A stretch of DNA of 36,437 bases from Candidatus Magasanikbacteria bacterium CG_4_10_14_0_2_um_filter_41_10 (lineage in GTDB: Bacteria > Patescibacteriota > Patescibacteriia > Magasanikbacterales > UBA922): assembly GCA_002792995.1 (NCBI GenBank), contig PFPJ01000064.1:1-36437 (forward strand). Reading direction: 5' to 3'. How positions within the stretch are numbered: position 1 is the first letter of the stretch; every line of letters begins with the position of its first letter. The position numbers and the translations under genes are program-made. Below are positions 29,484 through 36,437 of this stretch, piece by piece. Under the pieces are notes generated by a model that saw only the letters and a program-made list of their open reading frames with translations, was not told the DNA's origin and searched no databases.

Positions 29484-31274
29484 ATGTCTCGAAAAAGAAT
29501 ACGAAGTAGAAATACCGCCGTTTTTTCGCATCACGCAGAAGAAATAGCAGAAACAGCGCGGCTCAATATTGCCGCGCTTTCTATCGTGGGATTCGTGCTT
29601 CTTATTTGTACGCGCCTTTTTTTTCTCATGGTATTACAACATGCGTTCTATACTGCGCTTGCAGCAGGATCTCATACATTGTATGAACAATTATTTCCTG
29701 ATAGAGGCAGTGTGTATGTTCAGGATTCTCGAACGGGTGAAGAATTTCCATTGGCTATCAATAAAGATGTGTTCACGATATTTGTGGATACCCGTAATAT
29801 AAAAAATGAAGAACAAGCAACCCACGTAGTTGATGCGTTCGCGTCTGTGTTTGCATATACTGATGAACAAAAAACAGATGTCTTTTCTCGAATTAATGGC
29901 AGAGACGACCCGTATGAGCCAATAGAAAAAGATGTAGAAGAAAAAATTGTTGATACGCTCAAAGAACAGGATCTCCCAGGTGTAGGATTTGTTCGTCATG
30001 CAGTACGATTTTATCCTGAAACAACGTTGGCAGCTCAGACTATTGGTTTTGTAGGAAAAACGGATGATGGTAGTGATATCGGAAGATATGGGATAGAAGG
30101 ATATTGGCAAGAAGATCTTGCAGGAAGTGGGGGGTTTCTAGAGGCAAGTAAAAGTTTGGGCGGTGGCGTGATACCTTTTGCAACAAAATCGTTTAAACCG
30201 GCAAAGGATGGTTCAGATATACTTCTAACTCTTGATAGAACAGTCCAGTATAAGGCCTGTGAGCGTATGAGAGCGGCGATGGAGGAGTATGGTGCTACAA
30301 GTGCCTCTCTTGTTATTTTGGATCCAAAAACAGGGGCTATTCGAGCGATGTGTTCCCTTCCTGATTTTGACCCAAACATGTACTCCAAAGTAGAAGATGT
30401 GAGGGCCTACAACAATACAACTATTTTTACTCCATACGAACCTGGATCTATTTTCAAACCAATGGCCATGGCAGCAGCGCTGAACGAAGAAGATGTAACG
30501 CCAGACACTTATTTTTATGATAGTGGATCAGTCGATGCCAATTGTACCAAACCTATTAAGAATGCGAATGATAAAGTGTATAAAGATTCAACCATGACCG
30601 GTGTCCTCGAAAATTCTATTAATACTGGTATGGTTTTTGTCGTCACAAAATTAGGCAAACATCCATTTATGTCTTACCTTGAATCATTCGGTTTTGGAGT
30701 AAAAAGTGGTGTCCGATTGGATAGTGAGATTAGTGGCACGATAGATTCGTTGTATGTCAATAAAAATGATACTATTGATTGTTATACGGCAACAGCATCT
30801 TTTGGACAGGGAATTACGGTCACCCCACTTCAAATGGTCAGTGCTTTGAGTGCCATTGCAAATAATGGTACCATGATGAAGCCGTATATTGTTCAAGAAG
30901 TGCGACATCCTGATGGTAAAATAGATAGGACTACGCCAACGATATCAAAAAAAGTTGTAAGTCAGAGAGCTGCATCACTTTTGTCTGCTATGTTGGTACG
31001 AGTGATTGATAGTGGGCAAGCAGGTGCAGCATCTGTACCTGGGTATTATATTGCAGGAAAGACAGGAACCGCACAAATTGCAGGCCCAGGTGGCTATAGT
31101 GATGAAACAAATCATTCCTTTATCGGATTTGGTCCTGTAGATGACCCGAAGTTTGTCATGATTGTAAAATTTGAAAAACCACAACGGGCGTATTCAGTGA
31201 GTACTGCCGCACCAGTATTCTCAGACATTGCATCATTTTTGATGGATTACTATCATATTCCTCCAGGAAAATAA
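29484..31274 (+). CDS. Class B penicillin-binding protein (FtsI/PBP2-type transpeptidase)
   Basis: N-terminal TM, then RG, R.YP and G..GIE motifs of the dimerisation domain. Active-site motifs SIFK, SIN and KTGT. Confidence 0.92.
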   Translation: MSRKRIRSRNTAVFSHHAEEIAETARLNIAALSIVGFVLLICTRLFFLMVLQHAFYTALAAGSHTLYEQLFPDRGSVYVQDSRTGEEFPLAINKDVFTIFVDTRNIKNEEQATHVVDAFASVFAYTDEQKTDVFSRINGRDDPYEPIEKDVEEKIVDTLKEQDLPGVGFVRHAVRFYPETTLAAQTIGFVGKTDDGSDIGRYGIEGYWQEDLAGSGGFLEASKSLGGGVIPFATKSFKPAKDGSDILLTLDRTVQYKACERMRAAMEEYGATSASLVILDPKTGAIRAMCSLPDFDPNMYSKVEDVRAYNNTTIFTPYEPGSIFKPMAMAAALNEEDVTPDTYFYDSGSVDANCTKPIKNANDKVYKDSTMTGVLENSINTGMVFVVTKLGKHPFMSYLESFGFGVKSGVRLDSEISGTIDSLYVNKNDTIDCYTATASFGQGITVTPLQMVSALSAIANNGTMMKPYIVQEVRHPDGKIDRTTPTISKKVVSQRAASLLSAMLVRVIDSGQAGAASVPGYYIAGKTGTAQIAGPGGYSDETNHSFIGFGPVDDPKFVMIVKFEKPQRAYSVSTAAPVFSDIASFLMDYYHIPPGK

Positions 31275-31301
31275 ACACGGCTATTATGCCGTGTTTATTT
31301 T
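31268..31301. terminator. Bidirectional intrinsic terminator
   Basis: Perfect 14-bp stem aaaataaacacggc / gccgtgtttatttt between the convergent PBP and tRNA genes. Confidence 0.85.
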
Positions 31302-31306
31302 GTGTG

Positions 31307-31380
31307 TGTCAGAGGGCGGAATCGAACCGCCGACCTTAGGGTTATGAGTCCTACGCTCTAACCGACTGAGCTACTCTGAC
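31307..31380 (-). tRNA. tRNA with CAT anticodon (elongator Met most likely; Ile2 not excluded)
   Basis: GTCAGAG/CTCTGAC acceptor stem, D arm AGCTCAGTCGGTTAGAGC, anticodon loop CTCATAA, T loop GTTCGATT. G1-C72 is paired, so it is not the initiator. No encoded CCA. Confidence 0.92.
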
Positions 31381-31405
31381 ATACTTTTGTTTTACATATC
31401 CCTTG

Positions 31406-31477
31406 TAGCCCGTAGGGGAATCGAACCCCTGTTACTAGGATGAGAACCTAGCGTCCTAGCCACTAGACGAACGGGCC
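31406..31477 (-). tRNA. tRNA-Glu(CTC)
   Basis: GGCCCGT/ACGGGCT acceptor stem, CTAGG-TTCTCAT-CCTAG anticodon arm, AGGGG-TTCGATT-CCCCT T arm. No encoded CCA. Confidence 0.95.
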
Positions 31478-31504
31478 TTCCTTGTATTTCAATCAGTGAA
31501 CAAG

Positions 31505-31533
31505 AGTATAAGGAAAAAAGGTGTTTCCGTCAA
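31505..31533 (-). promoter_or_regulatory. Sigma70 promoter for the tRNA pair
   Basis: Minus strand TTGACG, 17-nt spacer, TATACT. Confidence 0.7.
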
Positions 31534-31575
31534 TAGAAGACCCCGTCCATGGAGGAGAACGGGGTCTTCTATTGA
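31530..31575 (-). terminator. Long hairpin downstream of the HU gene
   Basis: Perfect 17-bp stem tcaatagaagaccccgt / acggggtcttctattga with a 12-nt loop. Confidence 0.7.
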
Positions 31576-31584
31576 GATGACATG

Positions 31585-31917
31585 TTACATGGCACTTTGG
31601 TTGATGCTATCACTTTTTGCCATATGGCCTTTCTTTTTCAAACAATCCTTGAGTGCTTTTCCGGCTTTAAATTTTGGTACCGTGACTGGGGGAATTTGAA
31701 TTTTTTGGGTTGGATCTTGTGGGTTGACACCTGTACGTCCTGCTCGTGTTTTTGCACTAAATGCTCCAAATCCTGCAATGGTAACTGATCCATCCTCTTG
31801 CAGTGTAGTCATCACTACCTGAACGAATGCTGCAAGCATATCTTCTGCTTCCTTTTTTGACACCCCGACCTTTTCTGCGATACGCTCTGCGAGCGCTGCT
31901 TTGTTTACTTTTGACAT
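31585..31917 (-). CDS. hup: HU-family DNA-binding protein
   Basis: Motifs NKAAL...IAEK, V.IAGFGAF, R.GVNPQ and VPKFKAGKALKD. Start placed at MSKVNK. Confidence 0.92.
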   Translation of the reverse strand: MSKVNKAALAERIAEKVGVSKKEAEDMLAAFVQVVMTTLQEDGSVTIAGFGAFSAKTRAGRTGVNPQDPTQKIQIPPVTVPKFKAGKALKDCLKKKGHMAKSDSINQSAM

Positions 31918-31945
31918 ATAGGTAGAATTATATTCCAATAGGCAT

Positions 31946-31974
31946 AGTATACAAACATTGATTATTTATGTCAA
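31946..31974 (-). promoter_or_regulatory. Sigma70 promoter of hup
   Basis: Minus strand TTGACA, 17-nt spacer, TATACT. Confidence 0.8.
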
Positions 31975-31985
31975 CAGAGCGGAAA

Positions 31986-32134
31986 TGATGTTATTAATGT
32001 TTTTGATGTAGCTAAGGTTTTTAAGGTTCATTACTTTGCAGAAACATGAAATTAAATAAGCTTTCATATCACATGAAAGCTTTTTTAATAGAGACTTTAG
32101 AAACATCAACAACCTTAAAAACCTTACCACCTTA
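31986..32134. repeat. Inverted nonamer arrays flanking a central hairpin
   Basis: Left array: tgatgttat taatgtttt tgatgtagc taaggtttt taaggttca. Right array: gagacttta gaaacatca acaacctta aaaacctta ccacctta. Perfect 16-bp inverted repeat at 32013-28 / 32111-26. Confidence 0.8.
32058..32082. terminator. Hairpin downstream of rny, possible terminator
   Basis: aagctttcat-atcac-atgaaagctt, a 10-bp stem with AT-rich flanks. Confidence 0.55.
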
Positions 32135-33661
32135 TTACCGTGCGTACTCTATCACACGTGTTTCACGAATCACATTGACCTTGATTTCTCCAGGATATTG
32201 CAATTCACTTTCAATTTTTCGTGCAATGTCTTTTGCCAGATTGTACGCAGCATAGTCATCTACTTCTTCTGGAGTAACAAAGACACGTACTTCACGGCCT
32301 GCTTGAATCGCATATACTTTTTCAATTCCAGGGAAGTTCATTGCTGTTTCTTCGAGTTCTTTGAGTCGTGAGACATATTGTTCATAGGTATCACGTCGTG
32401 CACCTATGCGAGATGCGGAGATTGCATCTGCGGCCATGACCAATTTTGTAAGCAAAAGTGGTGGGTTTGTATCATGATGCGTGAGACACACTTCAGCAAA
32501 GTCTGCATGCATATTAAACTTTTCTATAATTTGCTTTCCAATTTCGGTATGAGCGCCTTCTGTGTCATGATCAATTGCTTTCCCAATATCATGAAAGAAT
32601 CCAGCTTTTCTTGCATGTGCAGGATCCATACCTACTTCTTTTGCAATAAGTCCTGAAATATGTCCCACCTCGAGGGAGTGGTTCAAAACATTTTGTCCAT
32701 AACTTGTTCGATATTTTAAACGTCCCACGATCGATGCAAGTTTTGGATCAGATGCAATAATACCCATTTCTTGGAGTGCGGCTTCTCCAGATTTTTTCAG
32801 ATCAACAGCAAGATCACGTTTTGCTTCTTCTATATATTCTTCAATTTTTGCAGGTTGGATACGTCCATCTTTGATGAGTTTTTCGATAGCTAGTTGACAG
32901 ACGCGGCGTCGGATAGGGGAGAAGCTCGAGATCACAAGCATCTCAGGTGTTTCATCAATAATGATTTCACACCCCGTCATACGTTCAATCGTTTTGATAT
33001 TTCGTCCTTCTTTTCCAATGATACGTCCTTTCATTTCATCGCTTGGCAGACTGACGGCAGATCCTGTGGTTTCTGCAGAATGGTTTGAAGCTGTCCGTTG
33101 CATGCAACATACCATAATGTCTTGAGCTTTTGCTTCGAGTTCTTCTGCACCAACATTCTCCATTTTTCGTACACGATTCATGAGATCATCTTTGGATGAT
33201 TCTTCTACTTTTGTGAGAAGTTCTTCTTTTGCCTGGTCTTTTGTATATGTGGCAATAGAAGCGAGTTTGTCAACAACTTCTGCTTGTTTCATTTTAATGG
33301 TGTCTTCAATTTGTGTCACACCATCTATTTTTGTCTGGAGTTCAGTTTTTTTGTCTTCAAACTCAAGGAGTTTTTTGTCAAATGTTTCTTCACGATTCTC
33401 TAGACGTTGTTGCATTTTGCGCAGTTCTTGACGTCGTTCCTCTTCTTCTTTTTTGGCATCATCGATGACCTTGATAGCTTTTTCTTTGGCTTCAAGAATA
33501 ATGTGCTGTTCTTTGGTTTTCGCCTCGGCGAGTGTTTTTTCTGCGATTGCTTCCACATTTGTGGCTTTTCCTTTTGCAATCTTCATGCGCAGAATGTACC
33601 CAATACCGAGACCAACGAGTCCGCCAACGAGGGCAAGGACAATGCTCATGGTAGATAACAT
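32135..33661 (-). CDS. rny: Ribonuclease Y
   Basis: N-terminal TM, coiled coil, KH domain (MKGRIIGKEGRNI) and HD domain (RTSYGQNVL.HS.EV, HDIGK, ADAISASR.GARR). C-terminal YAIQAGREVRV and YPGEIKV.VIRE. Start is 33661 or 33649. Confidence 0.96.
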   Translation of the reverse strand: MLSTMSIVLALVGGLVGLGIGYILRMKIAKGKATNVEAIAEKTLAEAKTKEQHIILEAKEKAIKVIDDAKKEEEERRQELRKMQQRLENREETFDKKLLEFEDKKTELQTKIDGVTQIEDTIKMKQAEVVDKLASIATYTKDQAKEELLTKVEESSKDDLMNRVRKMENVGAEELEAKAQDIMVCCMQRTASNHSAETTGSAVSLPSDEMKGRIIGKEGRNIKTIERMTGCEIIIDETPEMLVISSFSPIRRRVCQLAIEKLIKDGRIQPAKIEEYIEEAKRDLAVDLKKSGEAALQEMGIIASDPKLASIVGRLKYRTSYGQNVLNHSLEVGHISGLIAKEVGMDPAHARKAGFFHDIGKAIDHDTEGAHTEIGKQIIEKFNMHADFAEVCLTHHDTNPPLLLTKLVMAADAISASRIGARRDTYEQYVSRLKELEETAMNFPGIEKVYAIQAGREVRVFVTPEEVDDYAAYNLAKDIARKIESELQYPGEIKVNVIRETRVIEYAR

Positions 33662-33673
33662 AAAAAACATGTG

Positions 33674-33835
33674 TCAGGCCATGTTTGAGAAGCGATTGTG
33701 GAGTATAGGAAAAAATCCAAGTAGATTAAATACTGGCTTGGAGAATTGTTTTGTCACTGATTTGTGGAGTGAGAAATTTCATTTTTTCGCTATATTCAGC
33801 CACAATTTTTCATCTCAGATGCATGGCAGTACTGA
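33674..33835 (-). ncRNA. Candidate structured RNA (long irregular rod with branched apex) in the rny leader
   Basis: Six nested complementary segment pairs span ~160 nt between a strong promoter and rny. Identity is unknown. Confidence 0.5.
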
Positions 33836-33851
33836 ATAAATTTGTACAAAG

Positions 33852-33880
33852 ACTATACCATGGTTTTTTTTTATTGTCAA
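33852..33880 (-). promoter_or_regulatory. Sigma70 promoter upstream of the rny leader
   Basis: Minus strand TTGACA, 17-nt spacer, TATAGT, with a TGn extension. Confidence 0.8.
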
Positions 33881-33900
33881 TCGGTGTCTTCTTTCGTATG

Positions 33901-34662
33901 CTATTCATTTGTACTCTCAACAATGAGTTTTTGTAGATGATGTACTGTCACTTTTTCTACCTCTACTGCATCCTCCACCCGATACTTTCCAATCTTCGTT
34001 CGACGTAATTCCTCACAATATGCACCCGTCCCGAGGTTTTGTCCGATATCGTGGGCGAGAGTGCGGATATAGGTGCCAGAGGAGCATGTGACTCGGATTT
34101 CAATTGCCTTGAGATCTCTCGACTCACTTCGGTCGCTCGAGATGACGTTGAGAAGTTCTATCTCATAAATTTCAATCTCACTCGGCTCCCGCTCTATTTC
34201 AATACCTTTCCGAGCCAGAGTATACAGTTTTTTTCCGTATATTTTCTTCGCACTATACATGGGAGGAAGTTGAGATTGTTTCCCAATAAAACTTGCGAGA
34301 GTGGCTTTTACATCTTTTTCTGATATTTGATTATTGAGTATTGTTCTTTGTTCACTGAGTACCCCTGTTTTATCATAGGTATCTGATGTCGCACCAAGTC
34401 GTATCGTTGCGATATATTCTTTTGTCATACCTTTGAAAGTATCTAGTTGTGTTGTGGCTTTTTTCCCGACACCAACAATAAGAAGGCCTGTGGCAAATGG
34501 ATCCAGAGTCCCAGCATGTCCTACCTTTGGACGTTTTTTCTGTATAAGTTTGTTTCTTCTGACAAAACCACGAATATACGCAACCACGTCATGGCTGGTC
34601 CAGTCGGTTGGCTTGTCGATTAATAAAAAGCCGGATATATTGCTCTGTATTATTTCTTCCAT
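33901..34662 (-). CDS. truB: tRNA pseudouridine(55) synthase
   Basis: Motifs GFLLIDKP..WTSHDVV, KVGHAGTLDPFATG, K.Y, Q.PPMYSAKK..GKKLY.LARKG and CSSGTYIRTLA.DIG. Real start taken as MEEII at 34662. Confidence 0.95.
   Translation of the reverse strand: MEEIIQSNISGFLLIDKPTDWTSHDVVAYIRGFVRRNKLIQKKRPKVGHAGTLDPFATGLLIVGVGKKATTQLDTFKGMTKEYIATIRLGATSDTYDKTGVLSEQRTILNNQISEKDVKATLASFIGKQSQLPPMYSAKKIYGKKLYTLARKGIEIEREPSEIEIYEIELLNVISSDRSESRDLKAIEIRVTCSSGTYIRTLAHDIGQNLGTGAYCEELRRTKIGKYRVEDAVEVEKVTVHHLQKLIVESTNE
34111..34146. repeat. REP-like palindromic element inserted in-frame in truB
   Basis: gagatctctcgactcacttcggtcgctcgagatgac, 36 bp, with a tctcga/tcgaga stem and a cTTCGg loop. Encodes VISSDRSESRDL. 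Confidence 0.7.
34319..34360. repeat. Degenerate heptamer array inside truB
   Basis: tctgata tttgatt attgagt attgttc tttgttc actgagt (6 x 7 = 42 bp, frame-preserving). Confidence 0.6.
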
Positions 34663-34707
34663 ACGATATATTACAAGTTCTCTGTACACATGGTACAATA
34701 GTGACAT

Positions 34708-35637
34708 ATGGAAGACAACCATACAGACAATAAAAGTTGGGGAGTCAAAACTAACGATGGAACAGAAATTTGGGATGCGCCACCGGTCTTTGTTGGTGAA
34801 TCTATTACCTGGAAGGACAGGGCAAAACTTTTGTTTTATCCAAAAAAATTTGTTCTCTACCGAGCCATCGCAAAAGATATCAAGAAAAAAAATGTGGGTG
34901 ATCTCCGAGATCCATATAGAATTCTTGATGTTGGCTGTGGCACTGGGGCTTCTGTGATAGATATGAAAAAATTGTTTGGTCGACATGTTGATGTCGTGGG
35001 TGCAGATGTCATGCGTCTCCAAAATGATCTGGCTCGGGAAAATCTCAAAAAATATGGTGTGCATGCAGAGATTGTTGATTACGAAACAACGCTTCCTTTT
35101 GAGGAAAGCATGTTTGATGCTGTGTATTCGTCCGATGTGCTTGGTCATGTGCCGGATGTCGCTGCGTGGCTCGGGGAATTGAACAGGGTATTGATGCCAG
35201 GAGGACTCCTTGGCATGTTTTCTGAATCGAAGCTTGGCAAGCATGCGTGGCTTCGGAAATATTTGATGAAAAGGGAATTGAACACTGATCCACATGCGGA
35301 GTTTCATATTTCACTCTATAGCAAGGATGAATTGATGAAAAAAATTTCTCATGCTGGATTTGATATTCATACCATGCTGAGTACAGTTTGGTTGAAGTTT
35401 CTTGTTCATCCAGATGAGCTCTATCCTGCTTTTCAATCTACAAAAAGATTTTTTGTTCTTCGCACTCTCAATAAGTGCCTCTATGTTTTGAAGAAAAAAT
35501 TACATCCAGCATCGACTGCTGCGGCAGAGTTGTATTCACTCGTAGAATTGGTGACGCTGGGGAGATGGGTAGAATCACAGGGATATGTCATCGTTGCCAG
35601 GAAGGATACAACGCAATCAGAATTTGCCGAAGAGTAA
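34708..35637 (+). CDS. Class I SAM-dependent methyltransferase
   Basis: Motifs ILDVGCGTG, LPFEESMFDAVYS.DVL.HV and RVLMPGG. Confidence 0.88.
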   Translation: MEDNHTDNKSWGVKTNDGTEIWDAPPVFVGESITWKDRAKLLFYPKKFVLYRAIAKDIKKKNVGDLRDPYRILDVGCGTGASVIDMKKLFGRHVDVVGADVMRLQNDLARENLKKYGVHAEIVDYETTLPFEESMFDAVYSSDVLGHVPDVAAWLGELNRVLMPGGLLGMFSESKLGKHAWLRKYLMKRELNTDPHAEFHISLYSKDELMKKISHAGFDIHTMLSTVWLKFLVHPDELYPAFQSTKRFFVLRTLNKCLYVLKKKLHPASTAAAELYSLVELVTLGRWVESQGYVIVARKDTTQSEFAEE

Positions 35638-35740
35638 ATGTGGAGTGTTTCCTCTTGCCAAAATCACATTTATTCTATACCCTTACGTCTAGAATAGATC
35701 CTCATACTCTATTTCTCTAATTTCCTAATAATCATAATAT

Positions 35741-36271
35741 ATGAACCTTTGGCATGATGTTCCACTGGGAGAAAATATCCCTGCAGAAATGAATGTTATT
35801 ATCGAGATTCCACGAGGGTCACTCAATAAATACGAGATTGATAAAGAAACGGGTTTGATCGCACTCGACCGTGTATCACATACTGCACAGCCATTTCCCT
35901 TTGATTATGGTTTTGCACCACAAACATTGTGGGATGATGGAGACGCACTTGATGTGATCGTTCTTACCACAGAACCGTTGCATCCTGGTATTCTTGTGCG
36001 TGTTCGACCTGTGGGTCTTATGAAGATGATTGATAGTGGTGAGAGTGATGACAAAATTATTGCAGTCCCTGTCGACGATCCACGATGGGAAGAAGTGCAA
36101 ACAATTGATGATGTGAATAAGCATACATTGAAAACCATGAAGCATTTCTATGAAAATTATAAGAAGTTGCAGAATAAAGAAGTCGTGATTCCTGGATTTG
36201 AAGGATTGGAACAGGCGGGGGCAGCGGTCTCACGATCAAGCGAGATGTATAAAGAAAAGTACGCAAAATAA
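35741..36271 (+). CDS. ppa: Inorganic pyrophosphatase (family I)
   Basis: Motifs IEIP.GS.NKYE.DK, LDR, DYGF.PQT..DDGD.LDV, D.GE.DDKIIAVP and F.E.YK.L. Confidence 0.96.
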   Translation: MNLWHDVPLGENIPAEMNVIIEIPRGSLNKYEIDKETGLIALDRVSHTAQPFPFDYGFAPQTLWDDGDALDVIVLTTEPLHPGILVRVRPVGLMKMIDSGESDDKIIAVPVDDPRWEEVQTIDDVNKHTLKTMKHFYENYKKLQNKEVVIPGFEGLEQAGAAVSRSSEMYKEKYAK

Positions 36272-36287
36272 ATTTATGATGCACAGC

Positions 36288-36325
36288 ACAAAAAACAATC
36301 CCGAATATTCGGGATTGTTTTTTGT
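36288..36325. terminator. Bidirectional intrinsic terminator after ppa
   Basis: Perfect 38-nt palindrome acaaaaaacaatcccgaat / attcgggattgttttttgt. Confidence 0.88.
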
Positions 36326-36337
36326 TGAGAGAGGGGG

Positions 36338-36370
36338 GGCCGTCCAGCGTTGCATTACGCGTGGACGGCC
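36338..36370. other. GC-rich hairpin
   Basis: ggccgtcca-gcgt / acgc-g-tggacggcc. Possibly the 3' hairpin of a convergent gene entering from the window end. Confidence 0.55.
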
Positions 36371-36437
36371 GGTGGTCGATACATGGGGCTCTTACCTACG
36401 TTCACGTGGAAGGAATCGAAGACGATTATCATCCACC

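Noticed and set aside
32046..32255. 69-aa ORF containing ETLETSTTLKTL
   Set aside because: It is a translation of the 9-mer array running antisense into rny.
34663..35307. 215-aa N-terminal extension of TruB in the 468-aa ORF call
   Set aside because: It is antisense to a clear methyltransferase gene and shows no recognisable motifs. TruB homology begins at MEEII (34662).
36392..36437. Possible 3' end of a minus-strand gene (..VDDNRLRFLPRERR*)
   Set aside because: Too short to support a call at the window edge.
1..36437. CRISPR array, transposase/integrase, prophage or rRNA
   Set aside because: No regularly spaced repeats with unique spacers and no such genes were seen. No integrase or att duplication lies next to the tRNAs.

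Overview
The window looks like a chromosomal segment of a Patescibacteria/CPR-type bacterium. This is an inference from the absence of Shine-Dalgarno motifs, the near-invariant T before start codons and a CPR-style surface-repeat protein. Positions 1-21.3 kb hold a surface-glycan locus: a CDP-3,6-dideoxyhexose (paratose/tyvelose) pathway (rfbH, rfbS-like, rfbE), a polyprenol-phosphate-sugar synthase next to a 918-aa GT-C-like membrane protein, GT2/GT4/GT11 transferases, a GDP-mannose 3,5-epimerase, an FkbM methyltransferase, ugd and a convergent priming phosphoglycosyltransferase. A four-helix-bundle gene enclosed by inverted heptamer arrays sits at the convergence point. Positions 21.3-31.3 kb encode a secreted repeat protein, an S8 protease with no apparent propeptide, a UXS-like SDR, a GT2/DUF2304 pair, a GT4, YtxH, PilT and a class B PBP. 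Positions 31.3-36.4 kb are housekeeping: tRNA(CAT), tRNA-Glu, HU, rny, truB, a methyltransferase and ppa. The main non-obvious signals are the 7-mer/9-mer inverted-array elements (gene-carrying, empty and in-frame forms), a REP-like insertion inside truB, a ~160-nt structured RNA upstream of rny, and a possible lipid-linked tyvelose/GT-C glycosylation route. All calls come from reading motifs by eye; no database searches were run.
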